64,000 nucleotides of DNA from Alphaproteobacteria bacterium (GTDB lineage Bacteria; Pseudomonadota; Alphaproteobacteria; UBA11073), in NCBI GenBank assembly GCA_965246755.1, contig OZ251979.1, positions 9,089 through 73,088 on the forward strand, written 5' to 3'. A model generated the notes under the pieces. It was not told the origin of the DNA, ran no database searches, and saw nothing but the letters and a program-made list of their open reading frames with translations. The number at the start of each line of letters is the position of its first letter. The stretch's first letter is position 1. Shown here piece after piece: positions 1 through 10,830 of this stretch. The position numbers and the translations under genes are program-made.

Positions 1-162
1 CTCGCTATGCAACATGGCTTTACCGTGGCGGCAACTGGCTATGCGCCGATCCGCCAGCACCGCGGCCAAGACATCGACGGGATTTATGTTTTGCTGAGCA
101 AATAATCAACTGAATTTATGCAATACAAAACGGTCATGACTTTCCACAATTGGTAGGGTCTT

Positions 163-399
163 TTGTCAAGACAAAGCCTGGCCGCCTTGCCAAACCGTAA
201 ACTGCCCATGCGCATTCGTTTTGACCCGGATTTAACCGCCACCTTGCGCAGTATTCCCGGTTATCAGACCAAGCTGAATGCTTTGGTGCGCGACGCCATT
301 AAAAAGCGCAGCAAGATATTATCTTGCCAAAACCCGCCAGGCCGATGCGGTATTGACCACCAGTACCAACAAGCTGATTACGCCGCTGGCGCGGATTGA
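163..399 (+). CDS. Small protein with BrnA-like antitoxin motif (possible TA remnant)
   Basis: The motif RIRFDPDLTATLRSIPGYQTKLNALVRDAI resembles the BrnA/COG3514 C-terminal signature (RLD..hl...k..G.GYQT.IN..LR). The ORF runs past the domain and no intact partner toxin is seen upstream. Confidence 0.25.
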   Translation: MSRQSLAALPNRKLPMRIRFDPDLTATLRSIPGYQTKLNALVRDAIKKRSKILSCQNPPGRCGIDHQYQQADYAAGAD

Positions 400-479
400 T
401 GACACTATGTTTGATGTTAAGGATGATTTGCTTAATAAATTACCAAACAAGTTAGCTATATTTTTAAAGGATTACTAAA

Positions 480-703
480 ATGATTTATCGCATGGCCACG
501 CTTGAAGATTATTTTATGCTAGCACATTTACGCTGGCAATTTCGCTTGGAAGAAAACGAAATACCGCATACAAATATAGAGGTTGGTCAAAAACTGAAGG
601 TTTAGAACTACTTGTCGTCTGGCCCAGCGCACAAAGTCGTAACATTTATGCGCGCTGCGGCTTTGTAGCTGAAAACGATATTTTAGAGTTGCTAAACTTT
701 TAG
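480..703 (+). pseudogene. GNAT-like acetyltransferase remnant split over two frames
   Basis: Two short ORFs in different frames, 480-605 (MIYRMATLEDYFMLAHLRW...) and 605-703 (...VVWPSAQSRNIYARCGFVAENDILELL, a GNAT C-terminal-like N..A..Y...GF motif). Together they are too short for an intact GNAT, which suggests an internal deletion plus a frameshift. Confidence 0.2.
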
Positions 704-707
704 TTCA

Positions 708-2951
708 TTACGCCGCTTTATCCCGCGCAAACAGCGTTTGCCCCAATTGCTTGCCGGTACGCGCCATGATGTCGGCCATGAATTGCGTCATTTGCTGGTT
801 GGGCGCGGCCAGATCTTCCAAGCTGGCCGGCGCATCGTTTTTATCATCACCGAACAGGAATTTTGGGCTGAACACATCATCGTCGTCATCATCTTTTTCA
901 AGGCTCAGCAACGGCGGCGGTTTTTTACTGTCGCGCTTGACCTCGCCGCCCAACAGATTGTCGAGTGACAGGTCGTCATCCTCATCATCGTCGTCATCGC
1001 GGCCGGATTTTTTGAGCAGGCCCATTTGCTGCGCGACTTCGGCCACTGCCAGCGCGCTGGCCTTGGCAAAATCATTGTCAATTTCCCAGCCGCGCATGAA
1101 ACCGCTGTTCAGGGCATCAAACTCTTCAACCGAGGCGGTATTATCAACGGCGCGCGCCACCGTCCAGGCGGGATTGCGGAAATTTTTTAGCAGACCGTCC
1201 ACCGCGCTGTCGCGCAAAATCGTATCCACCGCATTGGGATTGACGCGTAGAAAGCGGTTGATGCGCATCGCCTTAACCTTTTTAGGGTTGGCGTAAAACA
1301 TATTCACTTCAATCGTGTCCGATTTAAAATTGATATGCGCCTGGCCTTCTTTTTGCGACCGCAATTCACCATAGGTCGCCTTTTTAACGTCACCGATTGC
1401 GGCGCTTTTTTGTTCACGGTAATTGCCAAATAAACTGTTTTGGTTAATTTCAAAATTACCGGCCTTGGAGATGGTCGCCATGCCGACGGTATTTTCAAAA
1501 AACTCGCGGGTTTGCGTCGGGTCCTCCAGCTTGCCGAAAATTTTCATATTGCAGTTGGCGGCAATCGAACGCGCTTCTTCCTTAACGCGTTTTTCCAAGG
1601 CCGGCAAATCCTGCGCTGCGAAGATTAATGAGAAGCCGAGCGAGCGCGCCTGTGCCGCCATCACCGCCATACCCTGGGCCGCATAATAACCGACCTCGTC
1701 AAACACGGTCACAAACGGCGAGCTGGAACGGGTGACTTTATTCTCAATCACTTTTTCCCAATCGCCTTCAACATCCGCGCCCAGCGTCGCGCCCATCATG
1801 CCCTTTAAATTCGCCGCGACAATTTTACCGAGATTGGCGGCTTCATCACCCGATTTTTCCAGCGCGGGGATCAAGACCAGCATCATGCGGCGGTTTAAAA
1901 CGATATCCATCATATCGATATCGGCCAATTGCGTTCTGAAAATATGCCCATATTCATCAGCCAATGATTGCAGCGAACGGGTAAATTGCATGGTCAGATA
2001 ACCATGCTGCTGACGCGGCACCGTCATATCCGCACCCGGGTTGCCGGGGCCGGGCGGCCGTTCATTACCGTCATCGTCAAAGCCGTCGTCGGAATAACCG
2101 GGCAGTGTGGTCAGATAACCTTTGATGCCTTTTTTAATGCGGTCGGGGATTGCCTTTTCACGGCTCATGCGGATGATGTCCGGCATATTGAGCGCATCGC
2201 GGATGACCTGAACGTCCAGCAATAACCCTTCGTGATCGCGCTTCCAGGTCAGCGCCGGCATTAAGGCACCCATCAATGATACCGCACGGCCTTTCCACAT
2301 CGCGGTATCGCCGCCGGCCTCATCCATCAGCCCCACCATCATGTTGGTGAGGTAAGAGGCCGAACCGTTGGAAAATGGATTCATGGTATTGGAGACGGTC
2401 GCCATGTCGCTGTTACCCGTCATGTAATTTAACACCATGATATCGTCATCGCGCCCGAAGCGTCGCGCCATCGCATAGATCGAGGCCCACAGATCGGTAT
2501 CCGCCTTACCATCGACATAGACGAAGCCAGAGCCCCAGCATAGCGCGTTTGACACCAGCGATTTCAGCCCTTCGGTTTTACCCGAACCGGTTGTGCCCAG
2601 ATATAAGATATGGGTCCGCGCGTCATTGTTGCTGATCCACAGCTCGCTTTTATTCTTGCGCTGGTTGCCAATGAACATGATACCATCGCCGCCCTTTTCC
2701 GATTTTGGCTTGCTGTATTCAACGTCAGCATGCCGCGTCAGCAGCCAAACCAGGTAATAGAGGCCAATAGCCAGAATAAGGTCGGCCACCACTGTAAAGC
2801 TGGGCTGAACCGCGACCAGAATAGTGCAAACGCCATAAAATACTGCCGCCACAATCGGCTGCGCGGCGCTTTCCTTGAATCGCGTCCACACCGGCCGCGT
2901 ATCCCGCAGCAGCATTTTGGCATTATATTCATATTTAACATCAACAGCCAT
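708..2951 (-). CDS. Type IV secretion coupling protein ATPase (VirD4/TraD/DotL-IcmO/TrbC family)
   Basis: 747 aa with two N-terminal TM helices. Walker A is LGTTGSGKTE followed by GSGFVYVDGKADTDL (compare VirD4 VVLDVKGENF), and Walker B is VTVFDEVG. A conserved AAQD motif follows, and the C-terminal tail is highly acidic (poly-D/E). The size and tail fit the long DotL/TrbC-type T4CPs. Confidence 0.7.
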   Translation of the reverse strand: MAVDVKYEYNAKMLLRDTRPVWTRFKESAAQPIVAAVFYGVCTILVAVQPSFTVVADLILAIGLYYLVWLLTRHADVEYSKPKSEKGGDGIMFIGNQRKNKSELWISNNDARTHILYLGTTGSGKTEGLKSLVSNALCWGSGFVYVDGKADTDLWASIYAMARRFGRDDDIMVLNYMTGNSDMATVSNTMNPFSNGSASYLTNMMVGLMDEAGGDTAMWKGRAVSLMGALMPALTWKRDHEGLLLDVQVIRDALNMPDIIRMSREKAIPDRIKKGIKGYLTTLPGYSDDGFDDDGNERPPGPGNPGADMTVPRQQHGYLTMQFTRSLQSLADEYGHIFRTQLADIDMMDIVLNRRMMLVLIPALEKSGDEAANLGKIVAANLKGMMGATLGADVEGDWEKVIENKVTRSSSPFVTVFDEVGYYAAQGMAVMAAQARSLGFSLIFAAQDLPALEKRVKEEARSIAANCNMKIFGKLEDPTQTREFFENTVGMATISKAGNFEINQNSLFGNYREQKSAAIGDVKKATYGELRSQKEGQAHINFKSDTIEVNMFYANPKKVKAMRINRFLRVNPNAVDTILRDSAVDGLLKNFRNPAWTVARAVDNTASVEEFDALNSGFMRGWEIDNDFAKASALAVAEVAQQMGLLKKSGRDDDDDEDDDLSLDNLLGGEVKRDSKKPPPLLSLEKDDDDDDVFSPKFLFGDDKNDAPASLEDLAAPNQQMTQFMADIMARTGKQLGQTLFARDKAA

Positions 2952-2960
2952 GTGTTTGTC

Positions 2961-3548
2961 TTACCGGGCGGGTTGCGGTTCGGGCAGATTAAGCGGTGGC
3001 GCCAAATATTGGTCGGCCGGTAACGGACGGCCGCCGGGAATTTCCGCCGGTTCGTCCGGCGCCGCCGGCGCTGGCGCGACCGCCACCGGCGCGGCAGCGG
3101 TTTGCGCCGGTAACTGCGCTGCTTGTTGGCTGCGTTGCAACCACAGTGCACGGAGCACAACGACAATTGCCAGCATCCCAATCAATACCAATAAACCATT
3201 GATGGCCAGCAAAGCCCATTTCAACGGTCCACGCACCCAACGCGGTCGCGCAATGCCACCGGCATATTTCGGCGCGCGCCGCGGCTGGAACAAAACATTG
3301 CGCACCGCCTGCAGCGCCGCGGTCGCGCTATCACGGTCATTAAACGTCGCAATGGTTTGCCAGTCCGTCTCGCCCGCTGACTGATAGATCAGGGCATGCA
3401 GATTATTATCCTGCGCCAAGGTAAAACTCAGCTGATTGATGTCGCTGATTTCGCGCCGCCACAGCACCGGCTGCGCGGCATTCGGCAGATCCAGCGTCAG
3501 GATATTGCGTTCATAGGCTGCCAACGGCTGGTGCATGGTATCGATCAT
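2961..3548 (-). CDS. Hypothetical membrane protein (one TM, Pro/Ala-rich C-terminus) in the T4CP operon
   Basis: 195-aa ORF tightly packed between the two T4SS-like genes (10-nt gaps). It has a central hydrophobic helix LLALLAINGLLVLIGMLAIVVVL and a proline-rich tail. Backbone-like GC. Confidence 0.45.
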   Translation of the reverse strand: MIDTMHQPLAAYERNILTLDLPNAAQPVLWRREISDINQLSFTLAQDNNLHALIYQSAGETDWQTIATFNDRDSATAALQAVRNVLFQPRRAPKYAGGIARPRWVRGPLKWALLAINGLLVLIGMLAIVVVLRALWLQRSQQAAQLPAQTAAAPVAVAPAPAAPDEPAEIPGGRPLPADQYLAPPLNLPEPQPAR

Positions 3549-3558
3549 CTCATTTTCT

Positions 3559-4749
3559 CTAGTTTAATTTACGCTGGCCACCGGCGGCGGGCTTGCCGCT
3601 GCGATGCAAACTCGGCAGTTCCATTTCACTTTCATCCATATAGTCTTGCAAGGCGTTGACTGCCGATTCAACTTTTGGCATCGGCAGTGCGCGTTTTAAC
3701 ATGCGCTCGGCATAAAAATGCGCAGTCGCGCCGGCTGCCTCTGCATGGAAAGTGCGGCGCCCAGAATTGTTGAGCGCATACCATAAAGGCCGGTCTTGTG
3801 CGCGCAGCCATAAAAACGCCGCCGGCGCTAGCACGCCACCCTGCGCCCGGCACCAGATGACGCAATCAATCATCGCGGTGACCACAAACGCATGCTTGCT
3901 TGCAATTTTGGCCAGCTCGCCGCCGGTTTTGGGATCGCGCAGGATGCGGCGGATTTTACTTTTAAGCGGGCTGGTAAGTTTGAGACCGCGCTTAGGCGTC
4001 CAGCAATCCGCAATTTCGCTCAGCAACTGGTCGGCATCATCACGCTTGCGCGCTCCTTTCAATGCAAAGGCGGCATATAATGCCTGCAGATGAAGGGGCA
4101 ATTTATCCGCGCCCTGCCAGCGCACCCCCAGCTGTTTGACAAAAGCGCGCGCGGCCGCATCGCGGTCGATTTGCTTGTCCTGTACCGCGATCTGGTTGAA
4201 CGCCAGCCATTCTTCGGGTGACAGCGCTTCAGCAAACATCGGCAAGGTATCGGGCACCGGCTGGCCCAGCGCACGTTGCACGGCAGTCGCCGGGTTGAAC
4301 CGCACGATGGGGGTGATGATTGGCCAGCTTTTGCTTTGCGCGACAATCAGATCCTCCAGCGTATAAATTGAAGTTAACTGGTGGCCGGAGGAGAATTTAT
4401 AGCTCAAGACGCCAAACAGCGCGAGCAAGCCTACCGCCGGCCAATGAAAAAACTGCGGTACTACTGTTGCGCTGATGGCGGCAATCTGTCCCCAGGACAG
4501 GTTTTGACCGTTGGAACCCTGCAACCAGACGATCAGCTCTTGCGGCGTCGTGCGCGTACCGCCGGGCATGACCACATCATGTGCGAACAGTTTGACGATG
4601 TGCAATTCGGCAATCCGCACCAGGCGAATACTATCAATAATTTGTGTATGAAAAAAATGCCAGATAACCCAGCCGATCGCCGCCAGCACCAGGATGACGA
4701 CAATCATCACCACTGCTGAATCATCGCCTTTACCGCCACCGCCCGACAT
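3559..4749 (-). CDS. Inner-membrane protein, DotM/IcmP/TrbA-like candidate partner of the T4CP
   Basis: 396 aa with two TM helices (about residues 15-32 and 95-118) followed by a large cytoplasmic domain, and it is the first gene of a three-gene operon ending in the T4CP. The topology and position match DotM/TrbA, but the assignment is by architecture and context only. Confidence 0.35.
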   Translation of the reverse strand: MSGGGGKGDDSAVVMIVVILVLAAIGWVIWHFFHTQIIDSIRLVRIAELHIVKLFAHDVVMPGGTRTTPQELIVWLQGSNGQNLSWGQIAAISATVVPQFFHWPAVGLLALFGVLSYKFSSGHQLTSIYTLEDLIVAQSKSWPIITPIVRFNPATAVQRALGQPVPDTLPMFAEALSPEEWLAFNQIAVQDKQIDRDAAARAFVKQLGVRWQGADKLPLHLQALYAAFALKGARKRDDADQLLSEIADCWTPKRGLKLTSPLKSKIRRILRDPKTGGELAKIASKHAFVVTAMIDCVIWCRAQGGVLAPAAFLWLRAQDRPLWYALNNSGRRTFHAEAAGATAHFYAERMLKRALPMPKVESAVNALQDYMDESEMELPSLHRSGKPAAGGQRKLN

Positions 4750-4838
4750 TTAGAATCAATCCCCGAATTGCTATGATGCTAGCAGACAAATTGCCACGCG
4801 GGAGGACGGATTGCAAGTTTTGCCGCCTTTACCAGACA

Positions 4839-5168
4839 TTACCCATGCAAGGTTTCCAGCACCATTTTTGGATTGTGCTCAATAACCTTGAGCAACAACC
4901 GTGCAGAACCCTCCGGCTGGCGGCGCGCGGCTTCCCAATGACGGATGGCACTCAGCGAAAATCCAAAGCTGGTAAATTGTTCTTGGGTCATGCCCAGTTT
5001 GGCGCGAATGGCTTTAACATCCACGGCGTCCGGCACTTTTGGATAAAGATAAGTTTTAACGCGCGTTTTTTCGCCGCGCTGGTGCGCGGCATATTCGTCA
5101 AAACCGGCCAGAATATCGGCAGCTAACGGGCTAAAATTTTTCTGTTCGCCTGGTTTTTTGATCGCCAT
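4839..5168 (-). CDS. XRE-family HTH antitoxin (NadS/HigA-like, COG2944)
   Basis: 109 aa with ...LGMTQEQFTSFGFSLSAIRHWEAARRQPEGSARLLLKVI, the typical antitoxin partner of DUF1044 RelE-like toxins. It lies immediately downstream of the toxin gene. Confidence 0.7.
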   Translation of the reverse strand: MAIKKPGEQKNFSPLAADILAGFDEYAAHQRGEKTRVKTYLYPKVPDAVDVKAIRAKLGMTQEQFTSFGFSLSAIRHWEAARRQPEGSARLLLKVIEHNPKMVLETLHG

Positions 5169-5180
5169 GCTAATTTCCTT

Positions 5181-5507
5181 TCAAAAGATCTGGACTGCTT
5201 GCGCCAAGGCGCGCTTGTCATCAGCTGTTAAATCATCCTGCTCGTTTTTGGCATATACTGTTAGCAATAAAATAAGTTCGCCTGCGACATGATAGTAATA
5301 AATGACCCGACACCCGCCGCGTTTACCGCGTCCGGCCAATGCCCAACGTACTTTACGCAAACCACCGGTGCCCGGGATGACCTTACCACTGTAAGAATGC
5401 GCAGCCAAAAAAGCGGACAGCGCATCAATTTCATTTTCAGTCAGCAGCTTCTTGGTGCGACGGCTAAAGATTGCCGTGCGTACAACCCGGATAAAGCCAC
5501 TTTTCAC
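5181..5507 (-). CDS. Type II toxin, RelE/ParE superfamily (DUF1044/COG4737, HigB-like)
   Basis: 108 aa with a family-typical core GKVIPGTGGLRKVRWALAGRGKRGGCRVIYYY...LLLTVYAKNEQDDLT. The toxin precedes the antitoxin, which is HigBA-type order. Confidence 0.7.
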   Translation of the reverse strand: MKSGFIRVVRTAIFSRRTKKLLTENEIDALSAFLAAHSYSGKVIPGTGGLRKVRWALAGRGKRGGCRVIYYYHVAGELILLLTVYAKNEQDDLTADDKRALAQAVQIF

Positions 5508-5547
5508 ATACTACTCCATTGGCACAGCAAAAGCAAACACTATTTGC

Positions 5548-7515
5548 TTAATTCGCTTCTGCCAAATCCCCCGCCAAGGATTCCGGAAACGGTAGATCGC
5601 CCAAGGAGCCCTTGCGGGTGCCGCTGGATTTTTTCGGGCGCGGGTCTTCATCCAGCGTGCGGTCAATCGGTTTACCGTCGGCGATCAGTTTAATTTCATC
5701 GCCGGTTAGTGTTTCATATTCTAACAAAGCTTGGGCAATCGCTTCCAGCTGGTCACTGTGCGTTGCCAGTACATGCCGCGCGCGGGCCAGACCGTCTTCC
5801 ACAATCCGCCGCACTTCAATATCCACCTGGCGCGCGGTTTCATCCGCCATGCCCTGGCTTTGCGAGACCGAATGCCCCAAAAATACTTCGCGCTCCGGGC
5901 GGCCATAGGCAATCGGGCCCATCGTATCCGACATACCCCATTCGCAGACCATGCGCTGCGCCAGTTGCGTTGCCATCTGAATATCGGATGAGGCGCCGGA
6001 GGTCACCTTTTCCACGCCAAAGATCATCTCCTCAGCGACGCGGCCGCCCATCGCGACCGCCAAATCAGCCTTCAGCCGCGCAATTGAAATTGACAGGCGG
6101 TCGCCTTCCGGCAGCCGCATCACCATGCCGAGCGCGCGGCCGCGCGGGATAATCGTCGCTTTATGCACTGGGTCGGATTCCGGTTCATGGATCGCCACCA
6201 GCGCGTGCCCTGCCTCGTGATAGGCGGTCAGCTTTTTCTCATCATCTGACATCACCATGCTACGCCGTTCGGACCCCATCATGACTTTGTCCTTGGCTTC
6301 TTCCAAGTCGCGCATGCTGACGGTTTTTCTGTCGCGCCGCGCGGCGAGCAGCGCCGCCTCATTGATCAAATTGGCGAGATCCGCACCAGAGAAACCGGGC
6401 GTGCCGCGCGCGATGGTGCGCGCATTAACATCATCCGCCAGTGGCGTTTTACGCATATGCACTTTTAAAATTTTCTCACGCCCTGACACATCGGGATTGG
6501 GCACCACCACCTGACGATCGAACCGGCCGGGCCGCAGCAGCGCCGGATCCAGCACATCGGGACGATTGGTCGCGGCGATCAAGATCACACCTTCATTGGC
6601 CTCAAACCCGTCCATCTCAACCAGTAACTGGTTCAGCGTTTGCTCACGCTCATCATTACCGCCGCCCAGGCCGGCGCCGCGATGGCGCCCGACTGCATCG
6701 ATCTCATCAATAAAGATAATGCAGGGCGCGTTTTTCTTGCCCTGTTCAAACATATCGCGCACGCGGGACGCGCCGACGCCGACAAACATCTCGACAAAAT
6801 CCGAACCGGAAATGGTAAAAAACGGCACATTGGCCTCACCCGCGACTGAACGCGCGAGCAAAGTTTTACCAGTCCCCGGCGGGCCGACCAGCAACACGCC
6901 TTTCGGAATTTTACCGCCCAACCGTTGAAATTTAGGCGGGTCGCGTAAAAACTCTACGACCTCGACTAATTCCTGTTTGGCCTCATCAACCCCGGCGACA
7001 TCTTCAAAGGTCACCTTGCCGGTTTTTTCGGTCAGCATCTTGGCCTTGCTGCGGCCAAAGCCCATCGCGCCGCGCGCACCGCCATTCATCTGCCGCATGA
7101 AAAACACATAGATGCCGGCGATCAGCAGCGTCGGCAAAATAGTCGTGAACAACAGATTGGTGAAAAAGCTGGGCCGGTCCTCTGGCTGCGCGGTCAGTTT
7201 GACGCCAGCGGCGCGGATGCGCTCCACCAGTTGCGGATCGTTCGGCATATAGGTTGAAAATTTTTCGCCGCCTTTGGCAATACCGCTTAAAATATCGCCT
7301 TTAATCGTGACCTCTTCGACCTGCTTGTCCTCGATTTTTTTGAGGACATCCGTATAGGCGGCGGTATTGGCGCCGGCCTGGCGCTGCTGGTCCTGCCAGG
7401 CGCTGATGCAGATGGCAACAATGACGCCCAGCACAATCCAGCTGATGAGGTTGCGCATATTATGCGGCGGCGCATTACGGTTGGAATTATGCGGATTATT
7501 CGGTGGCGGTGCCAT
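5548..7515 (-). CDS. ftsH: ATP-dependent zinc metalloprotease FtsH
   Basis: 655 aa with an N-terminal TM region, AAA+ Walker [12 protein letters not shown] region, and zinc motif HEAGHALVA. Confidence 0.95.
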   Translation of the reverse strand: MAPPPNNPHNSNRNAPPHNMRNLISWIVLGVIVAICISAWQDQQRQAGANTAAYTDVLKKIEDKQVEEVTIKGDILSGIAKGGEKFSTYMPNDPQLVERIRAAGVKLTAQPEDRPSFFTNLLFTTILPTLLIAGIYVFFMRQMNGGARGAMGFGRSKAKMLTEKTGKVTFEDVAGVDEAKQELVEVVEFLRDPPKFQRLGGKIPKGVLLVGPPGTGKTLLARSVAGEANVPFFTISGSDFVEMFVGVGASRVRDMFEQGKKNAPCIIFIDEIDAVGRHRGAGLGGGNDEREQTLNQLLVEMDGFEANEGVILIAATNRPDVLDPALLRPGRFDRQVVVPNPDVSGREKILKVHMRKTPLADDVNARTIARGTPGFSGADLANLINEAALLAARRDRKTVSMRDLEEAKDKVMMGSERRSMVMSDDEKKLTAYHEAGHALVAIHEPESDPVHKATIIPRGRALGMVMRLPEGDRLSISIARLKADLAVAMGGRVAEEMIFGVEKVTSGASSDIQMATQLAQRMVCEWGMSDTMGPIAYGRPEREVFLGHSVSQSQGMADETARQVDIEVRRIVEDGLARARHVLATHSDQLEAIAQALLEYETLTGDEIKLIADGKPIDRTLDEDPRPKKSSGTRKGSLGDLPFPESLAGDLAEAN

Positions 7516-7594
7516 AGTTGGTCTTTCTATCGTTATCTAATAAATAGGCCACAAAGCATAAAAAGCAAGCCTGCAAGCGGTAAACTTGCCGCTC

Positions 7595-8560
7595 TTACTC
7601 GCGCGTGATAGTTAGCCGTCCCTGGCGATTTTTAATTTTGCAGCCGGCCAGCGTCGCGCCGCGAAAACCGGGCTGTTGCAACCGCTGTTGTAGCCCGCGC
7701 AGCTGGGCATGCCGGATATGCCGCACCTCAGGATAGACCGTTTGCAACAACACCGTCAGCGCGCGCAATTGGATTTCAAGCGGCAAGCCTTGCATGTCAG
7801 CAACCGGCAATGCGGCATAACTGTCAGGAACCAAGCGCGCCGCCCGCGCCAACATGTTTATAGTATATTTCTCTAATGCTTCTTCCGCCAAGGCCATGCG
7901 TGCAGCTAACAGCTGGGCACTGTGCGCCGTTAAACCTTCGCGCGCCAGTGTCGTCTGGCTCTCACGCAAGCGCGGCCGCGCATAATCACTGTTGTGATTG
8001 CTGGGATCTTCCAGCCATGGTTGTTGCAATGCCGCGCAGGTCGCCACACATTGCTGTTTTGAAAATGACAATAATGGTCTTAATAACTGCACATGCGGCA
8101 AAAAGCTGGTGGTTTGCATACCGATGAGACCGTTAACCCCGCTGCCCTTGCTAAACCGCAGCAACAGCGTTTCTAACTGGTCGTCGGCATGATGCGCCAC
8201 CGCCAGATGCAAAATATGTTGCTTGCGGCACCAGTTTTGCAACAAGTCATACCGCGCGGTGCGGGCAATCTCCAAAACCCGGTTGGTCGGTTTATCGCCG
8301 GTCCACATCAATATGTGATGTTCAATACCAAGTGTTTTGCACCAAGCCCTGACCTGCCGCGCCTCGCCTTTGGCGGCAGCGCGCAAACCGTGATCGACCG
8401 TCAATGCAATAGCCTTGCCGCCGTGCGGCTGCACCCAAGCATGCATTAGCCGCAGCAGCGCCATGCTATCCGCGCCGCCCGAGACTGCCACCGCCACCGT
8501 TGGCTGCGGTTCGAATGGCCTGCCAGACATCGCAGTATTAAAATCGGCAGCGGAAATCAT
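7595..8560 (-). CDS. tilS: tRNA(Ile)-lysidine synthetase
   Basis: PP-loop SGGADSMALL near the N-terminus, and the position immediately upstream of ftsH that is conserved in alphaproteobacteria. Confidence 0.85.
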   Translation of the reverse strand: MISAADFNTAMSGRPFEPQPTVAVAVSGGADSMALLRLMHAWVQPHGGKAIALTVDHGLRAAAKGEARQVRAWCKTLGIEHHILMWTGDKPTNRVLEIARTARYDLLQNWCRKQHILHLAVAHHADDQLETLLLRFSKGSGVNGLIGMQTTSFLPHVQLLRPLLSFSKQQCVATCAALQQPWLEDPSNHNSDYARPRLRESQTTLAREGLTAHSAQLLAARMALAEEALEKYTINMLARAARLVPDSYAALPVADMQGLPLEIQLRALTVLLQTVYPEVRHIRHAQLRGLQQRLQQPGFRGATLAGCKIKNRQGRLTITRE

Positions 8561-8604
8561 GTGATAAGCATAGAAAGTTTTTTAAACTCGCGATATAGAC
8601 GTTT

Positions 8605-9534
8605 ATGTCTCATCATCATTGCGATCACGCTCATCACCACGCTGGGCCCGGCCACAGCCATGCGCCGGCCAGTTTCGGGCGCGCCTTTGCCATCGGCATC
8701 ACGCTTAACACGCTGTTCGTCATTACCGAATTCATCGTGGGGCAAATCGCCCATTCCATCTCGTTAATTGCGGACGCCGGACACAATGCCGGCGATGTGC
8801 TGGCGCTGATTGTCGCCTGGGCTGCCACGGCGGCCGGCCGCGCCAGACCCACTGACCAGCGCAGTTATGGTTATAAAAGCACCTCCATCCTGGCCGCATT
8901 ATTCAATGCATTACTATTACTGGTCGCGGTTCTCGCTATCGGTTGGGAGGCAGCGCACCGCCTCATGCATCCCACGCCGGTCGCCGCGCCGGCCATGATG
9001 GTAACCGCCGCGATTGGCATTCTTATCAATGGCCTGACTGCCTGGCTGTTTATGCGCGGCCGCGACAATGACATCAACATTCGTAGCGCTTATCTGCATA
9101 TGGCAACCGATGCCTTAGTTTCGTTCGGTGTCGTCATTGGCGGCGCACTGGTCTGGTGCAGCGGTTACAATTGGATCGACCCGCTGCTGAGCCTCATCAT
9201 CGCCGGGATTATTGTCTGGAGCAGCTGGAAATTATTACGCGATGCATTGCATCTGGCCCTGCAAGGCACGCCACCGCATATTTCCGTGTCCGCCGTGCGC
9301 GATTATTTATTAAACTTGTCAGGTGTCTCTGGTTTGCATGATCTGCACATCTGGGCGATGAGCACGACTGACATTGCCATGACCGCGCATTTGACAGTGC
9401 CGGATGCCGTGCATAATGATGCGATCTTGGCACGTGCGGCGCCGGAATTACTGACGCAATTCGGCATTCATCATGCAACTTTGCAAATCGAACGCGACAT
9501 TACCTGTGCGCTTGCACCGGATGAAGTTGTTTAG
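8605..9534 (+). CDS. Cation diffusion facilitator family metal efflux transporter (CzcD/ZitB-like)
   Basis: His-rich N-terminus [19 protein letters not shown], six TM helices, and a C-terminal cytoplasmic domain typical of the CDF family. Confidence 0.8.
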   Translation: MSHHHCDHAHHHAGPGHSHAPASFGRAFAIGITLNTLFVITEFIVGQIAHSISLIADAGHNAGDVLALIVAWAATAAGRARPTDQRSYGYKSTSILAALFNALLLLVAVLAIGWEAAHRLMHPTPVAAPAMMVTAAIGILINGLTAWLFMRGRDNDINIRSAYLHMATDALVSFGVVIGGALVWCSGYNWIDPLLSLIIAGIIVWSSWKLLRDALHLALQGTPPHISVSAVRDYLLNLSGVSGLHDLHIWAMSTTDIAMTAHLTVPDAVHNDAILARAAPELLTQFGIHHATLQIERDITCALAPDEVV

Positions 9535-9932
9535 TCTTGCCGTTGCCGCAACGCATCGCGGATATCTTCCAGCAACACTTCGGTGCGGGATGGCGCAGCG
9601 GGCGGTTCACCCGCACGTTTGCGCAGCATCTTATTCACCAGCTTGATGACGATAAACATCGCCAGCGCGACTATCATAAAATCAAACAGATGCTGCAGGA
9701 ACAGGCCGTAATTCAGCGTGACTGCCGGCGCCTTATCAATCGCTTCTTTTAAGACTACTTTGTAGTTGCTGAAATCAGTGCCGCCAATCAGCATGCCCAA
9801 GGGTGGCATAATGACATCCGCCACCAGTGAGGACGTAATCGCGCCAAAGGCAGTGCCGATCACGACCCCGACCGCGAGGTCAATCACATTGCCGCGCATG
9901 GCGAATTCACGGAAATCTTTTAAAAAGCTCAT
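9531..9932 (-). CDS. mscL: Large-conductance mechanosensitive channel
   Basis: [26 protein letters not shown] is the MscL N-terminal signature. The ATG at 9932 has an AGGA Shine-Dalgarno 6 nt upstream. The track ORF extends to a GTG at 9950. Confidence 0.85.
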   Translation of the reverse strand: MSFLKDFREFAMRGNVIDLAVGVVIGTAFGAITSSLVADVIMPPLGMLIGGTDFSNYKVVLKEAIDKAPAVTLNYGLFLQHLFDFMIVALAMFIVIKLVNKMLRKRAGEPPAAPSRTEVLLEDIRDALRQRQD

Positions 9933-9940
9933 CAGTAATC

Positions 9941-10810
9941 CTATTGGCACTTGAGGGTTTTAATTTCGCTTTCCGCCTTCGTCGCAATGCTGTTGGCGGC
10001 GGCTGGATAATCTTTGGTCAATTGCCGCAGGACGATACAGGCTTCTTTGGTGCGTTTTTGCTGGGACAATGACAGGCCCATTTTTAATAGAGAGTCCGGC
10101 GCCTTCTGGGCTTTAGGATATTTTTGATAAGATTCCGCAAACACAGACGCCGCGGCCTTGTAATTGCCGCGCGCATAATAGCTTTCGCCCAGCCAATATT
10201 GCGCATTAGCGGCCAGTGTATGATTGGGATTTTTGGCGAGAAAATCGCGGAAGCCCTTTTCCGCCGCTGGATAATCCTTTTGCTGCAGAGCGGCATAAGC
10301 CTTTTGATAAGCGGCCTCTGGCGTTGCAGTTGCGGCCACTTCCGGCGCGGTCTCATCTTGGGTCGATGCATTGTCGGCCACTGGCCCCTCGCCGGTTAGC
10401 GTGTGAGGTGCCTCGGTCTGTGCCTGGGGCGAAATTGGCTTCTTTTCAAGCAACCCAAAGCGCACATCATTATCGCTTTTCATTTTATCGAGATCGGTCT
10501 GCAGCTGCTGATTTTGAAAATTGGCGCGCTCGACCTTGTCAGTCAGATCGCGGATCTGGCGTTCCATATCGGCCACGCGGTCGTCACCGCCACCCAGCGC
10601 GCCCAATGACGAGGTCACGGCGCCCGGCACATAACCGCCGCTGCGCGACAATTGCTGGACCTGGATTTCCAATTGCGTCAGGCGATCCAGCAGCGCACGG
10701 CTGTCGGTCTGCGCCATGGCGGAACCAGCATTTACCGATACAAAAAAGGCAAGTGCGACTGCACCTGCCTTTGTGTAAATCGCCCTATAATTCAGGGGGG
10801 ATTTCGTCAT
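9941..10810 (-). CDS. cpoB: Tol-Pal system protein CpoB/YbgF (TPR repeats)
   Basis: Signal peptide, coiled-coil N-domain, C-terminal TPR repeats ([14 protein letters not shown]...), and a position directly after pal. Confidence 0.8.
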   Translation of the reverse strand: MTKSPLNYRAIYTKAGAVALAFFVSVNAGSAMAQTDSRALLDRLTQLEIQVQQLSRSGGYVPGAVTSSLGALGGGDDRVADMERQIRDLTDKVERANFQNQQLQTDLDKMKSDNDVRFGLLEKKPISPQAQTEAPHTLTGEGPVADNASTQDETAPEVAATATPEAAYQKAYAALQQKDYPAAEKGFRDFLAKNPNHTLAANAQYWLGESYYARGNYKAAASVFAESYQKYPKAQKAPDSLLKMGLSLSQQKRTKEACIVLRQLTKDYPAAANSIATKAESEIKTLKCQ

Positions 10811-10830
10811 AGAGAAACCTCTAAGCTCTA

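Noticed and set aside
751-1296. 181-aa plus-strand ORF rich in Ser/Arg inside the T4CP gene
   Set aside because: It is antisense to a well-supported CDS, and its low-complexity translation is typical of GC-rich reverse frames.
5709-6152. 147-aa ORF plus several other ORFs of 60-120 aa antisense to ftsH
   Set aside because: They are embedded in ftsH, which carries strong conserved motifs on the other strand.
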